The notes below the pieces were generated by a model. It had not been told where the DNA came from, did no database searches, and saw nothing but the letters and a program-made list of their open reading frames with translations. A stretch of 64,000 bases of DNA from Hormiphora californensis (lineage: Eukaryota > Animalia > Ctenophora), in the NCBI GenBank assembly GCA_020137815.1, contig CM035356.1, positions 3,968,001-4,032,000 of the forward strand. Direction: 5' to 3'. Positions 1 to 10,448 of the stretch are shown here, piece after piece (position 1 is the first letter of the stretch; each line of letters starts with the position of its first letter). A program made the position numbers and the translations under genes.

Positions 1-1814
1 TGTTCTCAATCTGCCTCTTGTCCTGCGTGATGTCCCTTGCTGAAGTCTTGCAGTTTCCAATTTCCTTCATAACATTCGCCACCTAGACACAAATTATTGT
101 AATTATTGCCGGGGGGGGGGGGGGGCTCTAGTTTGATGAAATACAGTACGAATTCTATTTGTTGATAGCTGGCCCCTAAAAATTACTCACCTCTCTCTTC
201 TTTGCCTGTACCATACACTTCAATGACTCGCTATCAGACTGCAGGCTACCGTACTTATCACTCGCTGTTTCAATCTCACTCTCAAGCTTCTTAATCTGAC
301 TGTCAACTGCCCGAACTTCAGAGTTTTTCGCAGTCACTTTCCGATCGAAATCAGGGGCTTTTTCAGTTTTTAGTGAGGTTATGTACTTCTCCAGTGGCTC
401 TGCTTCCTGTTCCAGCGCAATTACCTAACAAGGGGGAAGTGATACATCCGAGATGTCTAAAAAACTACAAACTGAAAGGCAACTACCGCCGGTAAATTAA
501 ATGAGATTAAAATCAATTAATAATTGAATTAAATGAAAATCACCTTGCTCCACACTAGCTCATCTTTTGCTGCACTAATTTTATCCCGGAGTCCTTGGAG
601 TAGGTTTGCCTCTGCGTACTTGCTCTTGGTCGAGAAAAACTTAGCCCTCATTTCAGGTAGACTAGCTTCTTTTCTCCGTATTGTGCTGTTGAGTGTCACA
701 ACTCTGTTGTCAATCTCCTAAATATGAGATGATGTTACCATAGCAACTACTAGCAACTACAATTACTAGCAACTACAAACATCTCCTAATAAGGAAGGAA
801 TTATGTTACCATAGCAACTACAAAATCAATTGTACCTGGTAGTCGTTAATCATTGTTTCGAGGTGAGTGGATTGAAGGAAGAACTTGTATTTGTCAGAAG
901 GTTCCTTTGTAGCCAGGAACTTCTTACTCATTTCTTGGTTCAGAATACTAATTGGGTTGGTAACCTGGGGGGGGGGGGTAAAGTTGGGTCAATGAACCGT
1001 GGGTTGTGTAGTTTAGGCCATTAAAAAGATTCTAAAAAAGAAAAATTGGCTATAAAATAACTTGATATGTCAAAGTCCATAGTTTCAATGCTTTGTCTGT
1101 ATTACTGCTCCCCTAATAATACAGCGTGTTATTATACCTGTATGTTGTAGTGACTAAGCAGGAGCTGTAACTGGTTGTGAGTGCTCGAAATGGTCTTCCC
1201 AGTGTGAGATTTCAACTTGTAGTAACTTTGTGACTTAGCAATCTTCCTCTCTACAGTTACCGTATCGCCGTAATCCTGGAAATGTGCAATAACTTTATAA
1301 ACAGTGAAAGAACAATACTGGCTACAAAATTCTCTGAGAAGGGAGATCTCTAACCTCGTAGTTCCAAGCTGATTGTTTATCATTAGTGTTACAAAGGGTG
1401 ACAGTCACTTTAGCGTATGTGGATCCCTGTTTGATAAACTCTGTAATGTTGGCACCTCTGTTTGTAGCGTTACTCTTACCGCCTAGCCCTATCAGCAGGG
1501 CCATCAGGATAGCTGATTTACCACCTGAGACAAGGTAAGATCGTTAGGACATTATCATTCTCGACCAGGTAAAATAATACGGGAAAGTTTGGCAGACTAA
1601 TTAAAACTCGGTCTAACTTACTCCCGTTTCGGCCCACAATAAATGTTATCGAAGGGGCTAGTTCCACTTCAAAGTATTCGTGACACATGAAGTTCTCAAG
1701 TTCGATCTTCATAATACTGCCGGGGACATGACGTGGCTCTGCTAACGAATCAGTAATCTTCTTCTTTTTCGACGAGCCGCTCGGACCGTCGGGGGATCGC
1801 TTTACTTTCGACAT
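1..1814 (-). CDS. SMC6: Structural maintenance of chromosomes protein 6, 5' exons; gene runs off the left edge
   Basis: Exons at about 1814-1622, 1524-1354, 1276-1139, 963-835, 717-545, 424-191 and 81-1 have GT-AG borders. They give IELENFMCH...[31 protein letters not shown] (Walker A) and ERKI...HYNIQ, characteristic of the SMC6 N-terminal ATPase head. Confidence 0.9.
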
Positions 1815-2144
1815 TTTTTGAAGTTTCACTCAGACATGGTTCTAATGGGAAAATATGGTATTATCTTCCTTCCACGCCTTGTGAGAAAACAAGCTTTGGC
1901 CAAGAAAAGAGACAGAAACGATGTTTGTTGACAGTTAGAGGAGAAAAAAAACTAGCCAAAAAGGAAAAAGCGAAAGAAATAAAGTTTTTTTTTTTTAATT
2001 CACTAACCCCAACACCGATTGGCATCACTTTCCAACAGCCGAAGAGAAGCTGCCGAAGAGAGAAAGGGGGTAACCATATGAAGAGTTAATCGCGATGAGT
2101 CTCATTCACATTGGGTTCGATCATTTGCCCCCGGTGTTGGGGAT

Positions 2145-3656
2145 AGTAATAAATAAATCTTAAAATCGCTCAAATATTACTATAAATAAATAAATCTTAA
2201 AATCGCTCAAATATTACTATAAATAAATAAATAAAATCTCACACATGTTTCAAATATTGAAGTCCATGTTTTCCAATCCTGTTGGGGCGTACTTTGTACG
2301 GCATCCTCTGAGTGACCTCAGGGTGGCTACCAGTAGGCAGAACCTGAGCCGCCTTCTGATTGCCGCCAAAGCCTCACTGTAGATTTCTCCGTGTTTGTTT
2401 TCAATCAGTTTGGCTGTCTTCTTAATCGCTCTGTCCATTTCAGGGCCAACACCACCTGTTGTGGTAAACACTAGTGGAGAAAAGGTCCCACCCTCGACAA
2501 TCTGGACTCGTCTCATGTAACAGGTCTTCTTGGACTTCTCGTGGTTTTTGTACAGAGATGATGGCTTGATATTGAGATAAGAAGCTGCCATCGGGTGACA
2601 GACTCTGACATCCATGTAGGACATCTGGTCAGGAGCCCACAATCCCATGCATACGATGTCCATACGGGCGTCTCTGTCTGTATTTGCCCAAGGATATTGC
2701 TGCATTTCTTGGTCGTAATCCTCACATGGTTGTAGGAGTTTTTCAGTTTCTATAGACCTGACACCAGCGTAGGATAAGATATCAGCAAAGTTGTCTCTCA
2801 GGCGGTCGTGTCTGTAGATTGTGTAACCACCTTTGTGACAGGACAATGCGTGATCGGCACTGTTACTGGACCCACATGGGCATTTGGAGGGGAGATCGAG
2901 AAACGGTAATCCAAATCGAAGGTGCATCGCATCGACAAACTCTTGTTTGGTCAGGTGATGTCCATGTGCTTCGATGGGTCTTGCTGTCAGCCAAGAGGAT
3001 GCCCCAGGTTCTTGGTTTAGTGATTGTAACCGGTTTTCCGTGTCAGTCATCCTTGCTTTCAGGGATTTCACCTGGACAAGATGTCTTTCGATTGTACTTT
3101 CTTCGCATTCCTTGGTTCTCTCTCTGGTGATCTTTTCGATTTTGTCTATCGTAGGACCATCCAGTTCTTCATCTGAGAGAAGGTGCTCCACTAATGGGCC
3201 TGTGCAGTGGAGAGAATGCTCGTATGCAGTGTCAGCCGAGAGCATAAGGAACCATAATAAAGTTCAAGAGCGCACCCCATCCAAGAGCGCACCACCTCCA
3301 AAAGATACCACTTCAAGAGCGCACCACATCAAAGAGAGCTCCCCATCCAGAAGATACCGCGCGCAGGGGACACCACGCGCAGAAGAGACCGCACGCGCAA
3401 ATACAACGCCGCGCTGGTCTCTTCTGCGCGTGGTGTCCCCTGCGCGTGGTATCTTCTGGATGGGGAGCTCTCTTTGATGTGGTGCGCTCTTGAAGTGGTG
3501 TCTTCTGGAGGTGGTGCGCTCTTGGATGTGGTCTCTTTTGGGTGTGGTACGCTCTCAGGTGTGGTCTCTCTTCGATCGGGTGTGCTCTTGGGTGCTCTTG
3601 GAGGCTCTTGAACTTTATTATGGTTCCTTATTGGGTTTTCAATTCCTAGACCCCCC
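2145..3656 (-). mobile_element. 5'-truncated CRE-clade (RLE-type) non-LTR retrotransposon, interrupted by a MITE
   Basis: ORF 2250-3245 has GASSWL...CPCG...HALSC..GG....RHDRLRD (zinc knuckle) and RMDI...DVRVCHP...KKTCY...FSPLVF (restriction-like endonuclease). GGLGIENP lies on the far side of the MITE (3630-3656). The 3' tail has (TTTA)n and a 37-bp tandem duplication. Confidence 0.8.
3246..3629. mobile_element. Palindromic MITE with internal caagagcgcacc-type subrepeats
   Basis: TIRs are aaggaaccataataaagttcaagag / ctcttgaactttattatggttcctt. The arms are mirrored around a ~25-nt spacer near 3391-3415, and an AT duplication flanks the element. Confidence 0.85.
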
Positions 3657-3659
3657 AAA

Positions 3660-3814
3660 TAAAGTCCATTTTTATTCAACTGTTCACCCCCCAAAGTCGT
3701 GCGCGGAATTGTTTTGCGCGTTTATCACATGTTAACGTGTAGCGCGCGCAGCGTAAATTAAAATATCGCACGCGCACGAATTGAGGGGTGAACAGTTGAA
3801 TAAAAATGGACTTT
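3660..3814. mobile_element. Short MITE; a second family copy lies at about 21940-22092
   Basis: A ~30-bp TIR (taaagtccatttttattcaactgttcacccc) is present at both ends. The same internal sequence (aaagtcgtgcgcggaatt...tttatcacatgttaacgt) recurs at 21970-22020. Confidence 0.8.
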
Positions 3815-5002
3815 AACGCGATTTTTTTATTTATCACAATGAAAATTTTCCGCGCGCTTCAGCTTAGCGGCAGAGCTTTTAATTTTTAAATAAGCGCGTT
3901 ACATGTTTTGCAGCGCTTAACTCGAAATTTCGGTCGTGGATGAAAGGCTGCACACCACTGGGCGCGATTATAATCTGGGTGCCTTGCAGCCTGTTTACAG
4001 GTGCGCGCTGCCAAAAGAGTATACTTAGACCGACTTTTTTCAAACGGCTATAGCCATGGAACCACATGGTCGATTTGTGTAAACTAAACGGTATCAGTTA
4101 GAGAATCGATAGCCCTAACCGGTAACCCCAAACCAAACCCTAACCAGACCCTAACGGATAGCCCTAACCCGTCGCGCGCGCCAAAACTACGAATTGTTAG
4201 CAATGAAAGGCACCCAGATTTTAACGTTTTCCCACACCACTTGCACTGGTTGCGAAACGAAAAATCAACCCCGACGAGATTTTTAACAGTCCATTTTTTT
4301 CAACTGTTCGGCTGACGGCTACCTCTGAGTTCTGACCTCTTTACGTTTCTTATGATATCTACTGTTCTAGGGTCCTGAGCTGTGATTGGCTGAAATTTCG
4401 AGCGCCTGAAATTTCAGCCAATCAGAGTGCAGGATTTGAGCCGCGTGTAAGAGCCTCGGCCTGGAAGCGTATATTAATGTACTTAATTTTTAACTATATT
4501 TTATACGTATAGTGTAAGAGCGGGAGAGTCATATATTTTCTTATATTGAATCGATATAAATTGTGAAGTTCATATTCATATTCATAGCTTCCACTGGGCT
4601 TTCACTAGTGAGGGGTGGGTGCAATGAAGCTACCGTTCCCCGTCCTAGGTGATGTGATGTGACCGCCATTTATGGGGTGGTTTCTGTGGGGTGAAGTAAC
4701 GCCATCGCCCATCGCCTCCTTAAAGAACGATATCGAAGAAGGCAAAATGCTCAGATCACTATTCTCTACTACCTACAACAATCTTATCCCATTCTGATCA
4801 GCCGCTTTAACTTTAAGATTGTGGTCAGGCGAACAGATCAGTTTAACACGACCTCCCAGACACACAGAACGTGTCCCAACCCCATGTACCTAGTAAAAAC
4901 CTAACTGAAACCAGTAATTAAACAATATTTAATTGTTTCTTGTTGAATGTTGATAACTCTAGTTCACACAATTATGTTATAGGTCTGATGTACCAGTGAA
5001 CA

Positions 5003-8000
5003 ATGGATTTCAACGGTAAGTGTACGATTTTGTGAGCATTTATTAGGAAATATATTAGCAATATTAGGAGCAATGAGCATTATTAGGGTCATATATTAGA
5101 GCATTATTAGAAGTTAACAAAATTCTTTCGTTTATCCAACATTCATTGCTTTTTATGAAAGTTCTCATTAACTCTTCAGTTCACCAAAGGCAAGGGGGCG
5201 CAGAGCCAGTGCTCTTTGAGGATACATCATCTCCCCACCAACAGGTCAGGTATCACACACAACACCATAAATTATGATAGCGGGGGACGAGCCGTACCTC
5301 CGAAACGGTGATAGTTGTGCAAAAACAAACTACGGGAACATGCTGGAACAATTCCTGGACGACTTTTTGCAAATTATGAAATTTTTATTCAAAAGTTCAT
5401 TTTTCATTCATGAACTTTCTACACGTTCATTAATGAATTAAGGACTCTAATTTACCGAGAGTTGGGTATTTTGTTTGGGTTGGATTTATCTTTCTAATGA
5501 GCACCATAAACATCAAATTGAAGCACCAGGTCACATGGCAGTTGAGAAAATGCACATGCATGATTTTGGCTCTTCCTGCGACTTTCAATCGGCTGTATCA
5601 CGGCTACCTTTTGTTCAATCTTTTTTAAAATTTGGGGGAACATCGGATAAGCAAAGATCTTTCCTCACAAGAAAAATCAAGGTCAAAACTCAAAGTTCAT
5701 TTTTAAGTGTTGGTAGTTCATTCCACTCATTCAGGAACCAACATCCCTAAAGTGATGAAAAGTGATGGTTTTTGTTTGGCCGATACCCTGCAATGATAGA
5801 GAGGTGTAAAAATACGTTTCCGGGCTAGTTAGTGAGTGTCCATGTGATCATGATGATATCTGACACCTTTTCTGAGCCATAATTAACGGATTTTCTCAAA
5901 TGCAAGCATGTGATTTGAGTTTTCGCGATTGGTATCGTGCAGCAATGTTGAGAGATCTCATAGCACCTCAAAAATGATGATTAGTTCAATGAAAAGAATT
6001 GATTTATGATAGAAAAGATTAAAACAGACGTCAAAATGAACTAAACGATAATTTTCAATCATAAATCAACTCCTTTCATTGAACTAATCATCATTTTTGA
6101 GGTGCTATGAGATCTCTCAACATTGCTGCACGATACCAATCGCGAAAACTCAAATCACATGCTTGCATTTGAGAAAATCCGTTAATTATGGCTCAGAAAA
6201 GGTGTCAGATATCATCATGATCACATGGACACTCACTAACTAGCCCGGAAATGTATTTTCACACCTCTCTATCATTGCAGGGTATCGGCCAAACAAAAAC
6301 CATCACTTTTCATCACTTTAGGGATGTTGGTTCCTGAATGAGTGGAATGAACTACCAACACTTAAAAATGAACTTCGAGTTTTGACCTTGATTTTTCTTG
6401 TGAGGAAAGATCTTTGCTTATCCGATGTTCCCCCAAATTTTAAAAAAGATTGAACAAAAGGTAGCCGTGATACAGCCGATTGAAAGTCGCAGGAAGAGCC
6501 AAAATCATGCATGTGCATTTTATCAACTGCCATGTGACCTGGTGCTTCAATTTGATTTTTATGGTGCTCATTGGAAAGATAAATTCAACCCAAACAAAAT
6601 ACCCAACTCTCGGTAAATTAGAGTCCTTAATTCATTAATGAACGTGTAGAAAGTTCATGAATGAAAAATGAACTTTTGAATAAAAATTTCATAATTTGCA
6701 AAAAGTCGTCCAGGAATTGTTCCAGCATGTTCCCGTAGTTTGTTTTTGCACAACTATCACCGTTTCGGAGGTACGGCTCGTCCCCCGCTATCATAATTTA
6801 TGGGCCACACACAACACCATATATGGGCATCACGTGCCACTAATGACACATCATCTCTTCATAAACAGGTTTTTAGTATCACATAGCAACTGCTAAACCT
6901 CTAACACCCCTTCAGGCCCCGAGAAGTGCCCCCATCCACCACCACCAGTATAACCCTCAGCAGGGATCTGCTCCCCAACAACAGCAGCCCAATTTCGAGC
7001 AGTATGGTCAGTATATGAGGGACCCCATGGTGGCAAATATGGCCATGCAGTATGGCAGCAGTCTCGCCACCACTGGGAAGGCCTATGTTGAACAGAACGT
7101 GAGTGAAGAATTGTTAGTGTTGTTCTATCGTGGCAACTATCATCATGATTGTATCATGGTTATAATGTTTTGGTAATATTCAAAACTAGGACATTCTCAA
7201 TATTTTTAGGGTCTCTAATCTCTTAGCTGCAATTGGGGCCCTTAGCTACACCTAAAATACTTCTACCGTGTCTTTGCTTCCTAACTAATGACTAATCAAG
7301 GCAAATCACTCTCCCCCTCTTTTCAGCTGGACAGATACATCCCTATATCGCGGGTTAAGTTCTACTTTGCAGTCACCACTGACTATGTGGTACACAAAGT
7401 GTTGCTTCTCATATTCCCATTTCTCAACAAGGTATACATCAACTTCCCTTTTACACTAAGTATATACAGTTGGACCCCGATTTACCGGGAGGATAAAATT
7501 CCCCCGATATGGGAAAATAACGGTATTTGAACCCGATATACCGGGCACCCCAATTTACCGGGCAAAACCCTTTCCCCCGAGCATCCCGGTAATTCGGGGT
7601 TCGACTGTATCTGCTATTGTTATTGGTCTGTCCTATTGATGCCTAACAGTGCACCCTCCTGCCTCTGCCCTCCATAAATATCACCCCCTTAGGAATAGTG
7701 TACCTACCAGGACCACACTCTTCTCCCCCAGTCACCCCCTAATTAGGAATAGGGTACCTACCAGGACCACCCCCTCCTCCCCAGTCACCCCCTAATTAGG
7801 AATAGGGTACCTACCAGGACCACCCCCTCCTCCCCAGTCACCCCCTAATTAGGAATAGGGTACCTACCAGGACCACCCCCTCCTCCCCAGTCACCCCCTA
7901 ATTAGGAATAGGGTACCTACCAGGACCACCCTCTCCTCCCCCAGAAATATCACCCCCCCCCCACTTTATCAGGAATGGGGGTGCAAAACAGTGACCCCCC

Positions 8001-9727
8001 CCCCCCCCCCTCGCCCAGAAATATCACCCCCTTAGGAATAGGGTACCTACCAGGACCACCCTCTCCTCCCCCAGCCACCCCCCCTCACTTTATCAGGAAT
8101 GGGGTGCGTACCAGAGCGGTGGTAACGAACCGACACGGCACCTAAATTCACCAGATCTTTACATTCCCCTCATGGCGTTCGCTACATATGTTGTCGCGGT
8201 TGCTATTGCACTGGGAAACCAGGGAAAGTAAGTCACAATACTGTTAAGTTGCTATACCCATTTCCCCTCCCCCCGCTATTTCTATTTCCCCAAATTAACC
8301 CTCACTCCGCCCCTGTTAACCCAAAACTAACCCCAAATTAACTCTCTCCCCAGGTTTACTCCAGAACTTCTTGGAATGACAGCTACCACTGCATTTCGTC
8401 TGGTTCCTGATTGAGATTGGAATTGTTCAATTAGCTATGTACCTTATCAGCGTCTCAACAGAAATTAAAATCTTTGACCTCGCTTCTTTCTCTGGATACA
8501 AATATGTTCAGTAAGTTTGAATTGTTCACACATTTGTAATTTGTTGTAGTGTCCAGGCGACTCAACAAATGTCCAGCAGAGTGCAGAGTGATAACCGCTT
8601 TTCTTCTATGGGCATTAAGTAGAGATCCCTCTTCTAATTGAACTTAAGTTTCCTATTAACATAACATTGCTATGATAACAGCAAAACTGGATCACTCTCC
8701 CCGGCCTCTCCAACGTGGCATGGGCTAACGGAGGGAGCGGGAAGGGTCTACCACCGAACCGTTCTAGTGTTGACTTGCTCGCGCGAACCGCGCGCAGTGT
8801 CATACAGGGTGGCTCAAATTTTGAGTCAAAATCATATCTGGAATAATTAAATGAATAATAAAATAGCTAATTACAATACATAATAATTTATAATTTACAC
8901 GAAAGATTGTAGCTGTCAATGCAACCGCAGAGCCATAACTCAACTAGTAACAAGTTCTCACTGTTGGACGTTGGTGATCGTGTGTCTAAGGTTGAAGAAT
9001 GAGATGAGCAGGAAAATAATTTTGGTTGTTGGGTGGTACCCTTCGTGTGTCAACAGCTGGGAAGCATGTATAGCCCCATTTGATTCTCACAGTGCGCTCA
9101 GATGGGGTCGGCGGCGCCAGACAGCTGGGAAGCAGAGTCACCCCATGAAGGGTACCACAGAACTACCACGACCCTGTGTGTCCCACCACTAACAATTAAC
9201 TCCCCCCCCCCTTCAGTATGATAATCTGTGTAACGATGGCGATATTTCTCGGTACCATGGGGTACTACTTGGCATTCCTCTACAGCAGCGCTGCCATTGT
9301 ATATTTCCTGGTGAGTGTAGTAGATCGTGTATGGGGGAGGGTAGGGAGTAGTCAGTAGGGGGAGTCCGAGTTGATTTAAATATACTTATCATGATCTACT
9401 ACCCACTGATATCCGGGGGATTATTAGCATCGATTATATCGTGTTGGTTATGCCTGGGGTCATCCTGGACCCAGATAGATGTTATCCCACGCATAACTAT
9501 TTCTCTATTTTCAGATTTGTTGATTATTTCTCTATTTTCAGATTTGTACGTTGCGCTACATCATTCTTCCTGATGCGGCCGGGTCAGATCGAATTGCACA
9601 TGGAAGCAAGAGACGGAACAACCTACTCCTCCTAATTGCCTTTATTCAGCCCCTAATTATGTTCTGGCTCACATATCACGTAACATACGGACCTGATGCT
9701 GTCGAAGTGGCGGGCAAGAAACTCTGA
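5003..9727 (+). CDS. YIF1: YIF1 family ER-Golgi membrane protein, 8 coding exons
   Basis: Exons are 5003-5015, 5180-5244, 6916-7098, 7327-7431, 8097-8227, 8354-8510, 9217-9310 and 9542-9727. Motifs include LFEDTS, DPMVANMAMQYG, KFYFAVTTDYVVHKVLLLIFPF, NSPDLYIPLMAF, DLASFSGYKYV and QPLIMFWLTYH. There is one extra T near 8394-8396. Confidence 0.92.
5265..6803. mobile_element. 1.54-kb foldback element in YIF1 intron 2
   Basis: Near-identical inverted arms of about 750 bp start at ccataaattatgatagcgggggacgagcc and surround a short spacer at about 6014-6053. The mirrored ORFs 5475-5750 and 6318-6533 reflect this symmetry. Confidence 0.92.
7467..7607. mobile_element. Tc1/mariner (pogo-like) MITE
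   Basis: Structure is TA|cagttggaccccgatttaccggga ... tcccggtaattcggggttcgactg|TA, with CAGT/ACTG termini and a TA target duplication. Confidence 0.8.
7680..8096 (+). repeat. ~55-bp minisatellite in YIF1 intron 4 resembling the downstream acceptor and exon start
   Basis: Repeated ttaggaatagggtacctaccaggaccaccccctcctccccagtcaccccctaa, compared with the real junction atcag|gaatggggtgcgtaccag. Confidence 0.85.
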
Positions 9728-10077
9728 AGTGTGAAATTGAGGGACGAAAAGGAACTTTTTACAGTCGTGGGAAATTGGAGAAAGAAGGGAGAGTGTACCG
9801 TCTGTGTTATGACCTAGCAACATAGCAATATCAATACATTTGTGAATATAAAATGAATATTATGTTGTGTTATTGCTTGTGTCGAATTGTTTTGGCAGAT
9901 ATTGTTTAAATCCAAGTTCTTTCTTTTCTCTCCTAAACTGGCAATGAAACTGAAATATTGAAACAACAAAGAGCAGTTAGGCACCGTTACCAGGTTACCT
10001 GATCCTTTCCCGCTCAACGAGGAGAGTGGTAACCCTGCTTACAGGCGCCGTGCTTACTGCAGGCATCGTGATAACAC

Positions 10078-10147
10078 TGTCTGGCGCCGCGACCCATCTG
10101 AGCGCACTGTTTTTGAGAATCAAATGGGGTATGGCGCCGCCATACAG
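10078..10147. mobile_element. ~70-bp MITE family with multiple dispersed copies
   Basis: Termini are ctgtctggcg(g)cg...cgccagacag with an internal ctcagatggg(g)tc. Other full or partial copies lie at about 9075-9125, 36002-36068, 38925-38993, 40531-40568, 42770-42830 and 49117-49164. Confidence 0.8.
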
Positions 10148-10448
10148 TGCTAACAAGCACAGAGCAGGGAGGCTAAAACAAGTGGCCCTTGTCAGCGCAT
10201 ACTACGCAGCTCTGCAGTTCAACAGAGCGCGCACCGCGCCAAGCTCTCTACGATTTGGGAAATGTCGGTAGACCCCATCATGTCACGGAAGTTAGATTTC
10301 AGAAAATACACCCTGTCCTCTCAATGTGAGAAATTGATGTATTACAAGGGTAGAGTCTACCGATCCGTGCTGATTTTTCCGGTACCTCCTTTCCTTAAAC
10401 CATAAAAGCAGAAAATAAACACTCATCTCCAGATAACAAGAATATTAA

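Noticed and set aside
2150-2235. Possible spliced-leader RNA gene as the CRE target
   Set aside because: On the - strand the AT-rich ...atttgag is followed by CG rather than a GT donor, and no Sm site is evident. It is better explained as a duplicated 3' tail.
4110-4172. Telomere-like ccctaacc words
   Set aside because: Only a few interrupted copies, not an interstitial telomere array.
5475-6896. ORFs in the foldback as a transposase
   Set aside because: They are short, mirrored and have no DDE or DNA-binding motifs.
7680-8090. Regularly spaced repeats resembling a CRISPR array (also 31730-32330)
   Set aside because: There are no unique spacers and no cas genes, and the context is a eukaryotic intron.
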